Assembly: GCA_964399495.1 (NCBI GenBank)
Contig: CAYNQX010000017.1
Span: 11,591-75,590 of the forward strand
Reading direction: 5' to 3'
DNA length: 64,000 nucleotides
From: an uncultured bacterium
GTDB taxonomy: Bacteria; Krumholzibacteriota; Krumholzibacteriia; JACNKJ01
This document shows positions 27,775 through 41,900 of this stretch, in pieces; positions within the stretch are counted from its first letter, which is position 1; every line of letters begins with the position of its first letter. Under the pieces are notes generated by a model. The model saw only the letters and a list, made by a program, of their open reading frames with translations. It ran no database searches and had not been told where the DNA came from. The translations under genes and the position numbers were made by a program.

Positions 27775-29541
27775 CTATTCCAGCGGGATTCGGCACTGCA
27801 CGGCCGTTCCCCGCGCGAGACGTTTCACCGAGAAGGCGCCGCCCAGCTCCTCGCAGCGGTGCCGCATGTTCGCGACTCCGCTGCCATCCCCGCCCTCGAT
27901 CTCGCCCAGGCCCCGGCCGTCGTCCTCGACGCGAAGGCGCAGCGCGTCGGCTCCGGCTTCCAGGCGCAGGGTGATCCGCTCCGCGCCCGCGTGCTTGAGG
28001 GCGTTCTGCACCGCCTCCTGGGCGATGCGGTAGATGTTCAGCATGCGCACGGAGCCGAGAACCGGCTCCGCGTCCCCTTGCCGCGTCACGTCCAGCTCCA
28101 CCGCGACGCCGGCACCGGCGCACTGGCGCTTGAGCTGACTCAACCTCAGCTCCAGTGCGTCGAACCCCGCCTCCTCGCTCTTGAGCGCCCAGACCGTCTG
28201 GCGCAGCTCGCCGAGGGTATCGCGGCCGAAGTCCCCGAGAGCCGAGAGCTTCGTCCCGGATTCGCCCGCCCACGTCCCGTGTGCGAGGTTGTCGAGGGAG
28301 CTGATCAGGAAGGTGAGCTGCGCGCCGATGTTGTCGTGCAGCTCGCGGGAGATCCTGAGCTTCTCGCCGGAGAGTCGCTGCTCCACCTCGACCCGCCGCA
28401 GCCGATCGCGAAGCTCCAGCTCCCGCCTGAGCTGCCGCCGCTTCAGGTGCTGGTAGCGGACGATGCCGAAGCCCACGACCAGCAGGACGAGCAACACGCC
28501 CACGAGCAGCAGCACCAGGCGTGTGCGGGCCTCGATCTCCAGACGGTTCTCGGCCAGCTCGCGATCCTTCTTCTCCGTCTCGTACTCGATCTCCAGAGCG
28601 GCGATGCGGGAGTTGGTTTCCACGTTGACGAGGCTGTCCCGGAACGTGCTCATCAGTCCCCGCATGGCGAAGGCGCGCCGGAAGTCGCCCCTCTCCTCGT
28701 AGATCGCGACGAGCTGCTCGTAGCAGTAGCTCTTCAGGTAGTTCTGCTCGGCCGCGCCGGGCAGCTCCAGGCTCCGCCGGTAGCGGCGCTCCGCGGCCTC
28801 CAGATCACCCCTGCCCAGGTGGAAGTCCCCCCACTGCACGCTGTTCACGAGCAACCCGTAGGCGTCGCCGAGGTTTTCGCGGTAGGCGTCGGACCGGATC
28901 AGCAGCGACTCGGCCGCCGCGTACTCCTGCGCGGCGAGATGGAGGCCGGCCAGGTTGTTGAGGCTGTAGGGAATCCCGATCGAGTCGTTCCGCGCCCTCT
29001 TCATGTCGAGGGCCTTCCGGTAGTAGAAAGCGGCGCTGTCGGGAGCGGAGTTCATCTCCATGAGCACGCCGTACTTGTCGTAGAGGCCGCCCGGATCCGC
29101 GACGTCGACGCCGCTCTCGACGAGCCCGATCCCCTGCCGCATGTACTCGAGAGCCCTGGGCAGATCTCGCCGCTTGAGCTGATAGCCGAGGTCCCCGTAG
29201 GCGATCGCCAGCTCCTCGCGCATTCCGATCCGCTCATAGATGCGAATGGCCTCGTACTGCGCCTCGGCGCTCTCGTCGTATCGGCCCCGGAGATAGAGCG
29301 CGATCCCCAGGTTCTGCAGCGCCCGCGCCTCGCCCCGCGCATACCCGAGCCCCCGCGCCTCGCCGGCCAGGTCGCGGTAGACCAGGGCCGAGCGCGTCAC
29401 GTTCGAGAAGATGAACTCGTGGCCGATCGCGTTCACGGAATCCACCCGCGCGATATCCGCGACGGCGGGGCCCGCCAGCAGCATCAGCAGCAGGGGCAGA
29501 TGCCGGGCAGCGCCCGCGTTCATGCCGCGGATCCACTTCAT
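27775..29541 (-). CDS. Periplasmic TPR-repeat sensor histidine kinase (HisKA_3/NarX-type), partner of the adjacent LuxR regulator
   Basis: Signal peptide, multiple TPR repeats, a TM segment, then H-box RISRELHDNIGAQLT and an HATPase_c domain. The start ATG at 29541 overlaps the upstream gene stop. Confidence 0.8.
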   Translation of the reverse strand: MKWIRGMNAGAARHLPLLLMLLAGPAVADIARVDSVNAIGHEFIFSNVTRSALVYRDLAGEARGLGYARGEARALQNLGIALYLRGRYDESAEAQYEAIRIYERIGMREELAIAYGDLGYQLKRRDLPRALEYMRQGIGLVESGVDVADPGGLYDKYGVLMEMNSAPDSAAFYYRKALDMKRARNDSIGIPYSLNNLAGLHLAAQEYAAAESLLIRSDAYRENLGDAYGLLVNSVQWGDFHLGRGDLEAAERRYRRSLELPGAAEQNYLKSYCYEQLVAIYEERGDFRRAFAMRGLMSTFRDSLVNVETNSRIAALEIEYETEKKDRELAENRLEIEARTRLVLLLVGVLLVLLVVGFGIVRYQHLKRRQLRRELELRDRLRRVEVEQRLSGEKLRISRELHDNIGAQLTFLISSLDNLAHGTWAGESGTKLSALGDFGRDTLGELRQTVWALKSEEAGFDALELRLSQLKRQCAGAGVAVELDVTRQGDAEPVLGSVRMLNIYRIAQEAVQNALKHAGAERITLRLEAGADALRLRVEDDGRGLGEIEGGDGSGVANMRHRCEELGGAFSVKRLARGTAVQCRIPLE

Positions 29542-30317
29542 CGGCGGAAACGATCGTCCAGGGGAAGCGGCGATTCGCCGGTGCGATGCGCGAGCCACCA
29601 GACGCGGGCGGCCTTCTCCAGCATCTCCAGGCGGTCCAGGGCCTCGCCGAGGGTCGCGCCGGCGGTCATGGCGCCGTGGTGCTGCCATATCACCGCGTCC
29701 GCCTCGCGCATGGCGGCCCCGCTGGCCCAGGCCAGCTCCTCGCCGCCGGGATCGGCGAAGGGCAAGCGCCTCACCCCTCCGGGCAGGAAGGCGCGGATCT
29801 CCGGCATGTGGTCCATGAGCACCGACTCGAGCGCGCCCTCCGCGCGCAGGCCGGGCAGCAGGCTGAGGGCCACCAGGAAGTCCGTGTGGGCATGAACGAG
29901 CGCGCCGGGTCCGCCGCGGGTCATGTGCACCGCGAGATGGCAGGGCAGCTCGCTGCTGGGTGGCCCGCCGCCCGTGGAGTGGCCGTCGCGCAGCAGGAAC
30001 AGACCGTCACGTCCGCGGCCGATCAGGCGCATGCCGGCGGCCGGATTCTCGGCGAGATCGCGCATGCGCACGCCGCGCGCGGTGATGAGCAGGTAGCGCC
30101 CCTCGTCGAGCTGGCCGGGAAAGGCGACCGACAGCCCCAGCTCCAGCGCCTCGCCGCCGAACACGGGGCGCTGCAGAGAGGAGGCGTCGAGCATCAGCGA
30201 CAGGTTGCCCGCCCCCGCTTCCGCCCAGCCCAGGGCGTCGATGCGCGCGGCGGTGGCGGCCAGCTCGTCGAGCACTTTGCCGTGAACGGGAAGCTGCAAG
30301 GAATCTCCTAGGGCCAA
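29538..30317 (-). CDS. Class II aldolase/adducin-family protein
   Basis: 259 aa. Zn-ligand histidines in HLAVHMTRGGPGALVHAHTDF, plus N-terminal GNLSL. Confidence 0.7.
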   Translation of the reverse strand: MALGDSLQLPVHGKVLDELAATAARIDALGWAEAGAGNLSLMLDASSLQRPVFGGEALELGLSVAFPGQLDEGRYLLITARGVRMRDLAENPAAGMRLIGRGRDGLFLLRDGHSTGGGPPSSELPCHLAVHMTRGGPGALVHAHTDFLVALSLLPGLRAEGALESVLMDHMPEIRAFLPGGVRRLPFADPGGEELAWASGAAMREADAVIWQHHGAMTAGATLGEALDRLEMLEKAARVWWLAHRTGESPLPLDDRFRR

Positions 30318-31312
30318 CGTCTCACGATGCGAAAGCCGGTGCGGTCATCCGCCACCTCGGGGATCTCGCGATCTCGGTTCCAGGCGCGCAGGTGGCCATA
30401 GGGCCCCCACCAGCTCCCGCCGCGCGCGCTGCGCTCGTGTTCGATCTCCACGCCGATGTCCCAGGGGTCGACCAGCGGCTCGAAGTTCTCCCATTCACCG
30501 TACCAGTCCTGGCACCACTCGCGCAGGTTGCCGGCCAGGTGCGCGAATCCATAGTAGGAGTCGCCGACCGGCGAGTGGGAGCCGGCGGGGAGCGGCCCGG
30601 CCTCGCAGGGACTGCCGCCCTCTTCGTCGAGGCCGTTGGCGAGCGAGCAGTCCGGGCTCAGATCGCCCCAGGGGTAGACCCGCTGGTCCGGAGCCCGGGC
30701 GGCGCACTCCCACTCGGCCTCGGTGGGCAGGCGCCAGCCGACGGCATCGTAGGGATTGCCCAGGGGACCGCACTCCCAGTCATGCGCGCTGCGAAAGTAG
30801 CTCTCGGGCAGGTCCTCCGCGCGATTGCGCCAGTCGCAGTAGAGCGCCGCGCCGAACCAGCTCACGTGCCGCAGGGGATCGAACGACGAGGCGCCGGGCG
30901 CGAGCGCGAAGGAGTCGGCGGGCAGATCGTGGCGCAGTTCGTCGCAGGCATCCAGATGCAGCAGGTTGGCTCCGCTGAGATCGTCCCAGATCCAGCCGTC
31001 CTCCACGGACAGCTCCCCGGCGCGCCAGGCCTCGTTCAACAGGGGCAGGTACTCGCCCAGGCCGAGTTCGCCGTGGGCCATGATCAGCGGGCGCGTCAGC
31101 TCCACGCGCCGGCCGCCCGGAGGATCCCAGATGTCGGGCTCGCCCATGTGGAAAGTCGCGGAGTAGACGAGATGGAAGCCGCTCGGGGCCTGAGGCAGGG
31201 CGCCGTCGCCGTCGCCGAAGCAGCTCAGGGAGCTTGCGGCGAGGGCGAAAAGGAGAGCCAACTGTCTGATAGCGCGGAACATCCACCACCTCGGGTCTTT
31301 CACCAGTCCCAT
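30308..31312 (-). CDS. Formylglycine-generating enzyme (FGE/SUMF1) family protein, secreted lipoprotein
   Basis: Motifs GNLREWCQDWY, RGGSW and WRLPTEAEWECAA. Lipobox LSC. The start may instead be MFRAIRQ at 31282. Confidence 0.7.
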   Translation of the reverse strand: MGLVKDPRWWMFRAIRQLALLFALAASSLSCFGDGDGALPQAPSGFHLVYSATFHMGEPDIWDPPGGRRVELTRPLIMAHGELGLGEYLPLLNEAWRAGELSVEDGWIWDDLSGANLLHLDACDELRHDLPADSFALAPGASSFDPLRHVSWFGAALYCDWRNRAEDLPESYFRSAHDWECGPLGNPYDAVGWRLPTEAEWECAARAPDQRVYPWGDLSPDCSLANGLDEEGGSPCEAGPLPAGSHSPVGDSYYGFAHLAGNLREWCQDWYGEWENFEPLVDPWDIGVEIEHERSARGGSWWGPYGHLRAWNRDREIPEVADDRTGFRIVRRWP

Positions 31313-31355
31313 TCGATTGGTATGTTAGCAGCCACTCCGTCCCAGGGAAAGATCC

Positions 31356-34005
<2,650 letters not shown>

Positions 34006-34022
<17 letters not shown>

Positions 34023-34338
34023 TCTCAAGCTTCTGATATCGACCCTGCCCGAACGCGATGTCGCCGAGCGGATCGCCGAGATCATGGTGGAGGAGCGCCT
34101 GGCCGCCTGCGTGCAGGTGCTGCCCGGGCTCACGAGCATCTACCGCTGGGAGGGAAAGATCGAGCGGGGCGAGGAACTGCTGCTGCTCGTCAAGACGACA
34201 CGGCCGGGAGCCTGCATGGCGCGGCTGGAAACACTTCATCCCTACGACGTACCCGAGATCCTGGTGGTCGACGTCGATGGCGGGTTGACCGCCTACCTCG
34301 ACTGGGCCTCCTCGGAGTGCGACCCGGAAAAGCACTGA
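34006..34338 (+). CDS. cutA: Divalent-cation tolerance protein CutA
   Basis: Core CutA1 fold: LLISTLPERDVAERIAEIMVEERLAACVQVLPGLTSIYRWEGKIERGEELLLLVKT. Probable GTG start at 34006, 17 nt inside the upstream gene; the track ORF begins at 33967. Confidence 0.65.
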
Positions 34339-34404
34339 TTCCCGACTGGCCCCGCCCCCTCGAATTCCCTACCATGTCCCCTGCCCGAGCTTGGAGGTGA
34401 GGAC

Positions 34405-35796
<1,392 letters not shown>

Positions 35797-35852
35797 GCGG
35801 CCCGGCCCGCAGAGATCACACCGAGGGCAGCGTCATCGGCGCCGTGACGCGG

Positions 35853-37151
35853 ATGGGCCTGCCCTCGATGATCGGCTTCGGCGCGGCCTCGATCTACGAC
35901 ATCGTCGACATGCTCTGGGTGAGCCGCTTGGGCGGCGCGCCCGTGGCCGCGCTCACCTTCTTCTTTCCCTTTCTCTGGGTCATCACCAGCGTCAACCAGA
36001 TCGCCGGCTCGGGCTCGGTGGCGGTGATAAGCCGTCGCTACGGCGAAAAGGACAAGGCGGGCAGCGAGGCGGCGATCAAGGAGGCGATTCTCCTCAAGCT
36101 CATGCTCGCGTTCCTGGTGGGCGGCCTCGGCTACCTGATCCTCGAGCCGGGCCTGAAGCTCATCGGCACCACGCCGGACGCCTGGGACCAGGCCGTGGCC
36201 TACGGACGCATCTCCCTGCTCGGTCTCGGCGCGAGCTTCTCGAGCTACACGGTGTTCACGGCCCTGCGCGGCGTGGGCGACCCCAACCGCGCCATGGCCC
36301 TGATGCTCGCCGGCAACCTGCTCAACATGCTGCTCGATCCGCTGCTGATCTTCGGCGTCGGCCCCCTGCCTGCCCTCGGCGTGCAGGGCGCGGCGCTGGC
36401 TTCGGTGATCGCCTACGGCTTCACCTTCGCCGTGGGGCTCTGGATCTTCTTCACGGGTCGCACGAACGTGCGGCTGCGCCTGCGCGGATCGCTGGGCATC
36501 TCCGCGAAACGGATGTGGACGATGCTCCGCATCGGCGCGCCCTCGGGCATGAGCTCCCTCTCCTTCTCCCTGGGCCGCACGGTCATCATGCCCTGGATCG
36601 CCACTTACGGCACCGAGGTCGTGGCCGCCTACGGCATGGCGCAACGGGTGATCGGATTCGGGATCATGCTGATCGTGGGCATGGGCCTCGGCCTGTCGGC
36701 CCTCATCGGCCAGACCCTCGGCGCGCGCAAGCTCGAACGGGCCTGGGAGACGGCGATCCGCAGCCTGCAGTTCAGCGGCGTTTCCATGGGCCTCTACTCG
36801 GCGGCGCTGCTGCTGGCGGCCCCGCTCATCGCCCGCGCCTTCTTCGGCGTGGGTCCCGAGGTGGAGCCGGCCGTCATGACCCTGCGCATCATCGCGCTGG
36901 CGCTGCCCTTCACCGGCGTGGGGATCATGCTGGACATGACCTGCTCCGGCGCCGGCGAGACGCGCGTGCCCCTGGCCTTCAGCGTCTTCCACACCTGGGT
37001 GCTGCAGGTGCCGGGCGTGTTCATCGCCGCCCGCTGGCTGGAGCTGCCCTACTCGGCGCTCTGGTGGGTGTTCGTCATCGCCGCGGCGATACCGCCGATG
37101 ATCTTCGGCTTCTACTTCCGCACCCGGCACTGGATGCGGTGCTCGGTCTGA
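35853..37151 (+). CDS. MATE-family efflux transporter
   Basis: About 432 aa, 12 TM segments, two MatE repeats. The track ORF from 35181 is an upstream over-extension overlapping lpd. Confidence 0.75.
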   Translation: MGLPSMIGFGAASIYDIVDMLWVSRLGGAPVAALTFFFPFLWVITSVNQIAGSGSVAVISRRYGEKDKAGSEAAIKEAILLKLMLAFLVGGLGYLILEPGLKLIGTTPDAWDQAVAYGRISLLGLGASFSSYTVFTALRGVGDPNRAMALMLAGNLLNMLLDPLLIFGVGPLPALGVQGAALASVIAYGFTFAVGLWIFFTGRTNVRLRLRGSLGISAKRMWTMLRIGAPSGMSSLSFSLGRTVIMPWIATYGTEVVAAYGMAQRVIGFGIMLIVGMGLGLSALIGQTLGARKLERAWETAIRSLQFSGVSMGLYSAALLLAAPLIARAFFGVGPEVEPAVMTLRIIALALPFTGVGIMLDMTCSGAGETRVPLAFSVFHTWVLQVPGVFIAARWLELPYSALWWVFVIAAAIPPMIFGFYFRTRHWMRCSV

Positions 37152-37391
37152 TCCCCGCCGTTTCGGCCCCATTCCCCTGTTTCCTGCCAGGTTTAAGCGC
37201 TTCGGGTCCTTTCCTCCGGTTCCTGGATCATCCCCGAGTGGTACGGGCGTTGCTGTTCCCCCACGGATCGGGAATGGAACGATTGCGGCATTGGCCACAA
37301 TGCCGCCAATCCCCGATCCGAATCGGCGATACCCCGGCTCTCGCTGGGGGGACAAGCCCTCTACGATCGAGCGTAAAGAACGGAAGGTTCG

Positions 37392-39116
37392 ATGCTCAAG
37401 AGCACCCCCACACTGGGCAACCTCTTGATTCAGGCGGATTTGGTCACCGAGGAGCAGGTTCAGACGGCCCTTGCCGAGCAGGCGAGGACCCATGAGCGCA
37501 TCGGTGAGATACTGAGCCGCCTGACATCTCTGAGCACGGATCAGATCCAGGATGCCCTGGGTCGACAGCTTGGCCTCAAACGGTTCAATCCGGCAAAAAA
37601 ACAGTCAGATCCTGCCGCCCTGGAACTCATCCCGGTAGAATTTTCCCGTCGCCACAACCTTCTGCCCATCCACCTGGGTCCGGAAACCCTCATCGTGGCG
37701 ATGGCGGACCCGCTCGATGTGGAGGCCCGAGACCAGCTCGAGCAGATCGCGAAGCAGCATCAGGTGATGCTGGAGATCTAGATCGCCACCGCCAAGGAGC
37801 TGGCCGAGGCCTGCGAAACGCGCTACGCGCAGGTCAGCGGCAGCCGCCAGGTGAACCAGCTCATCGAGCTCGTCGTGGACGAACTCGGCGACGAGGGCGA
37901 CGAGGAGGAAGCCGGCGACGAGGACGAGGCGCAGAAGCGCGCCGAGGACGCGGGCATCGTCAACCTGGTGAACCGGATCTTCGCGCAGGCCATTCAGGAG
38001 CGGGCGACGGACATCCATATCGAGCCCCTCGAACACGGGCTCGTGATCCGCTTCCGCGTGGACGGCATTCTCCAGGACGCCCTGAGCCCGCCCCTGGCGG
38101 TGTACACGGGCGTGGTTAGCCGCATCAAGATCCTGGCGCACATGGACATCGCCGAGCGGCGGATGACGCAGGACGGGCGCCTCACCCACCGCGGCGCTGG
38201 CCGCGAAATCGATATCCGCGTTTCGGCGATACCCACCATTCATGGCGAAAAGCTGGTCCTGCGACTCCTGGACAAGTCCAACTTCGACTACAAGCTGGTG
38301 GATCTCGGCTTCTCCGAGGACGACTACCGCACCATCACGGAGGCGATCCACCACCCCCACGGCATGATTCTCCTGTCGGGCCCCACCGGCTCCGGCAAGA
38401 CCACCACGCTCTACGCGAGCCTCCTCGAGCTGCACGACAACTCGCTGAACATCACGACCGTCGAGGACCCCGTGGAGTACCAGATCGACCGGATCAACCA
38501 GGTCCAGCTGAACCCGCGGAAAAAGGTCACCTTCGCCTCGGCATTGCGCGCCTTCCTGCGTCAGGACCCGGACGTAATCATGCTCGGCGAGATCCGCGAT
38601 CAGGAGACGGCCGAGATCTCGATACGCGCCGCCCTGACCGGTCACCTGGTCTTCAGCACGATTCACGCGAACGACGCGCCCTCGACGGCCGTCCGGCTCA
38701 TCGCCATGGGCGTCGAGCCCTTCATGTCGGCGAGCGCGCTCACGCTGGTGGCGGCCCAGCGCCTGATCCGGCGCAACTGCCCGCACTGCCTCGAGGAGTA
38801 CCGGCCCACGGACGAGGTGCTCGCGGCCATCGAAGATCCCAGTTTCGGCGACGAGAGCGCGCCCGTGTTTCGACGCGGAGCGGGCTGCGCGGCCTGCAAG
38901 GACCGCGGCTACCTGGGCCGGGTCGCCATCGTGGAACTGATGTCGCTCACCGCGCCGTTGCGCCAGGCGATCGCCAGCGGAGAGCCGGCATCGTCGATCC
39001 GGCGACTCGCGATGGCCGACGGCATGGTTCCCCTGCGCCAGGCCGGTCTGCGGAAGGTGCGCGAGGGCGTCAGCACGGTCGAAGAAGTATTGAGGGTATG
39101 CCTGAGCGACGACTGA
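37392..39116 (+). pseudogene. pilB: Type IV pilus assembly ATPase PilB (GspE family) interrupted by a single in-frame TAG at 37779-37781
   Basis: An N-terminal T2SSE_N domain fragment (37392-37781, 129 aa) and the ATPase fragment (GTG at 37851-39116) lie in the same frame. The ATPase fragment has Walker A GPTGSGKTT and the Zn tetracysteine CPHC...CAAC. Read through the TAG, they give a normal 574-aa PilB. Confidence 0.8.
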
Positions 39117-39134
39117 TCGCTCGGCCAATGAACG

Positions 39135-40385
39135 GTGGAGAGAATGACGACCGTCTCCTACATCGCCAAGGATGAACGCGGCGAGGAAATCATCGGACAG
39201 AAGTCCGGGAGCAGCATGGACGAGATCATCGCCGAGCTCCACGGTCAGGGACTCGCGATCCTGCACGTCAGCGAGGATCGCGGCGGCGTCCACGGCGGGT
39301 GGCGCGAGCGCCTCAAGGCGGGAATGCTCGGCACGGCCAAGACGCGCGACCTCGCGCTCTTCAGCCGGCAGTTCGCCACGATCCTGGAGGCGGGCATTCC
39401 CCTCAACCGGGGACTGCGCGGCCTGGCCACCGATTCCACGAACCGTATTCTCGGTCGCGCCGTGGGCGACATCGCGGATCGCATCGAGAAGGGCGAATCG
39501 CTTTCGGACGCCATGGAGGCCCACCCCGAGGCCTTCAACAAGATGTACCTGAGCATGATTCGCGCGGGCGAGCAGGCGGGCACGCTGGATCAGATGATCG
39601 AGCAGGTCGCCGTCTACCTGGAGAAAGTGGACACGATCAAGACCAAGGTGCGGGGCGCCATGTCCTACCCGGTCTTCACCCTGGGCTTCGCGATCCTCGC
39701 CGTGCTGTTCCTGCTGCTCAAGATCGTCCCGACCTTCGCGGAGATCTACGCGGACATGAATCAGCAGTTGCCCGCGCTCACGCGGAGCATCATCGCCGTC
39801 TCCAACGCCATCACCAGCAACTTCCTCATGGCCGTGATGGTGACCGTGACGGTGACCGCCGGCTTCATCTTCTGGGGTCAGACCCAGTCCGGCAGGTACC
39901 TGCGGGACAGGATGGTCCTGCGATTGCCGGTGTTCGGGCCGATCGTGCGCAAGGCGGTCATGAGCCGTTTCGCCCGCACCTTCGGCGTGCTGCTGAAGAG
40001 CGGCCTGCCGATTCTCGAGAGCCTCACCCTGGTGGGCGCGGCCTCGGGCAATCTCGTGGTGTCCAGGGCTCTGGACAAGGTGAAGGAGCAGATCGGCAGC
40101 GGCAAGGAGATCACGCAGTCGTTCCGCAACACCGGGAAGTTCCCCGAGATGGTGCTGCAGCTCATGGCCACCGGCGAGGAATCCGGCGAGATGGACGGCA
40201 TGCTGATCAAGGCCTCGGACTTCTACGACCGCCAGGTCGAGGCGTCCGTGAACGGAATCGCATCGCTGATCGAACCCCTGATGATCGTGATCGTGGGCGC
40301 CCTGATCGGCGTCATCGTGGTGAGCGTCTTCCTGCCGGTGTTCTACCTGGGCGACGCGGTCATGAAGGGCGGATTCAATCTTTGA
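39135..40385 (+). CDS. pilC: Type IV pilus inner-membrane platform protein PilC (GspF family)
   Basis: 416 aa, two T2SSF repeats, three TM segments. Confidence 0.9.
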   Translation: MERMTTVSYIAKDERGEEIIGQKSGSSMDEIIAELHGQGLAILHVSEDRGGVHGGWRERLKAGMLGTAKTRDLALFSRQFATILEAGIPLNRGLRGLATDSTNRILGRAVGDIADRIEKGESLSDAMEAHPEAFNKMYLSMIRAGEQAGTLDQMIEQVAVYLEKVDTIKTKVRGAMSYPVFTLGFAILAVLFLLLKIVPTFAEIYADMNQQLPALTRSIIAVSNAITSNFLMAVMVTVTVTAGFIFWGQTQSGRYLRDRMVLRLPVFGPIVRKAVMSRFARTFGVLLKSGLPILESLTLVGAASGNLVVSRALDKVKEQIGSGKEITQSFRNTGKFPEMVLQLMATGEESGEMDGMLIKASDFYDRQVEASVNGIASLIEPLMIVIVGALIGVIVVSVFLPVFYLGDAVMKGGFNL

Positions 40386-40477
40386 GTTTCGTCGGCGGCG
40401 AACGTCGCGGACGAACGAGAGGCAGTGTTTGGTTTGGTTCGTTGTTAGTTAGCGGAATCCACAAGGAGGTCACGACA

Positions 40478-40912
40478 ATGGCTTGGTTCCGTAGGAAGTC
40501 CGATCAGAAGGGCTTCACCATGATTGAGTTGATGGTCGTCGTAGTGATCGTCGGCGTGCTCGCCGCGATCGCCATCCCGCTGTACGGGAGCTACATCAAG
40601 AACGCCAGGATCACGGAGGCCACCGCCCGCATCGGCGAGGTCATCACGGCATCCAAGGCCTGGGCGCTCGAGAACCCGAACGCGACCGGCGACCCGATGT
40701 GGCCCGCCGCCGCGGGCGGCATCGTCGACCTGGGGGCTTCGGACAACTTCACCTACGCGATCACCGCGGGTGGAGGCGCGAACGCGACGACGTCGCCCTA
40801 CACCATCACGGCCACCGGCGCCGCCGGCGGCAAGCTGGCCGGCGTCACCGTCGCTGTGACGGTGCAGTCGATCAACCAGAACGGGAGCCCGCCGCTCGTG
40901 AGCGGTCTCTAG
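40478..40912 (+). CDS. pilA: Type IVa major pilin
   Basis: Leader MAWFRRKSDQKG | FTMIELMVVVVIVGVLAAIAIP: class III signal with G-1/F+1/E+5. Perfect AAGGAGGT RBS. The promoter region upstream is lower in GC. Confidence 0.85.
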   Translation: MAWFRRKSDQKGFTMIELMVVVVIVGVLAAIAIPLYGSYIKNARITEATARIGEVITASKAWALENPNATGDPMWPAAAGGIVDLGASDNFTYAITAGGGANATTSPYTITATGAAGGKLAGVTVAVTVQSINQNGSPPLVSGL

Positions 40913-40982
40913 AGTCTCGCGGCACGGGACGGGAGCCGGCATGACGCCGGCTCCCTCTCCGGCCACCGAGAAAGGCGATTCG

Positions 40983-41414
40983 ATGCGGCACGAAGCGAGG
41001 AAAGTGGTTCGGCGGAACCGGGCGTTCGACTCGGCGGGGTTCACCCTGCTCGAGGTCGTCGTCGCGGCCACGCTCATCCTGATCCTCTTCTTCGGCCTCG
41101 CGCAGATCTACACGCGCGGACGCGCCCAGATCGACATGGAGGAGAGCCGGCGCAAGGCGACGGCCCTCGTCCAGTCCCGCCTGGAGGGTATCCGCAGCGA
41201 CTTCACCTTCGACACCCTCACCGGTGTCGGCAACGCGGACGGCCAGACGGTCGTCGACAACCGCAGCTTCCAGATCAGCCACACGGCCACGCCCCTGCCC
41301 TCCGGGGAAGAGGCGGCGACCGTCACCGTGGTCGTTTCCTGGGTCGTTCCCGTGAACGGCGGCGTGACGCGATCGGTGAGCGGCACGACCGTGCTGGCCA
41401 GGGGGATGCCGTGA
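40983..41414 (+). CDS. Minor pilin/pseudopilin (prepilin-type N-terminal methylation domain; FimT/PilV-like)
   Basis: ...DSAG|FTLLEVVVAATLILILFFGLAQI. Confidence 0.7.
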   Translation: MRHEARKVVRRNRAFDSAGFTLLEVVVAATLILILFFGLAQIYTRGRAQIDMEESRRKATALVQSRLEGIRSDFTFDTLTGVGNADGQTVVDNRSFQISHTATPLPSGEEAATVTVVVSWVVPVNGGVTRSVSGTTVLARGMP

Positions 41415-41899
41415 ACGAACGCGCACGCGGCATTCCACCCGGCCGCGGAGGCTTCGCCCTCCTCGAGTTGATGATCGCCCTGGTCCTCGGCCTCGTCGTC
41501 GTGCTGGCCATGGGGCGGATCATCCTCGTCAATCAGTCATCCTGGAACATGGGTCGCGACAAGGCCGTGCTCCAGCAGAACGTGAGCGAATCGATGGAGT
41601 GGATGCTCCGGTCGATCCGGGAAGCGGGATCGATCGATCTCGTGAGCAACCAGGAGTTCCGCACCTACGACCGCCAGGCGAACCTGCTCCATGTCTACCG
41701 GCTGGACACGGGCGCCGCGCCCCCCATGCTGCTGCGAGACGGCACCGCGCTGATCGATCGCCGCTGCACCCAGTTCAACGTGGCCGCGAACTCGGACACC
41801 ACCTGTCTCACCATCGATCTCGAGTTCGCCGACGCAACGGACACGCGAGTGGCCGCGTCCGTTCGCGGCACCCTTCGCAATGCGACCCTGGAGTTCTAG
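41411..41899 (+). CDS. Minor pilin PilW-like
   Basis: GG|FALLELMIALVLGLVVVLAMG prepilin motif; 4-nt overlap with the neighbouring genes. Confidence 0.6.
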   Translation: MNERARGIPPGRGGFALLELMIALVLGLVVVLAMGRIILVNQSSWNMGRDKAVLQQNVSESMEWMLRSIREAGSIDLVSNQEFRTYDRQANLLHVYRLDTGAAPPMLLRDGTALIDRRCTQFNVAANSDTTCLTIDLEFADATDTRVAASVRGTLRNATLEF

Positions 41900-41900
41900 C

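Noticed and set aside
37779-37781. TAG in pilB might encode pyrrolysine
   Set aside because: TAG terminates other genes in the window (carD), and no pyl genes or PYLIS-like context are visible. A nonsense mutation or base-call error is more parsimonious.
40441-40477. A possible sigma54 promoter upstream of pilA (GG/GC dinucleotides around TGGTTTGGTTCGTTG)
   Set aside because: The -24 GG / -12 GC spacing does not fit the consensus TGGCAC-N5-TTGC, so no promoter type is called.
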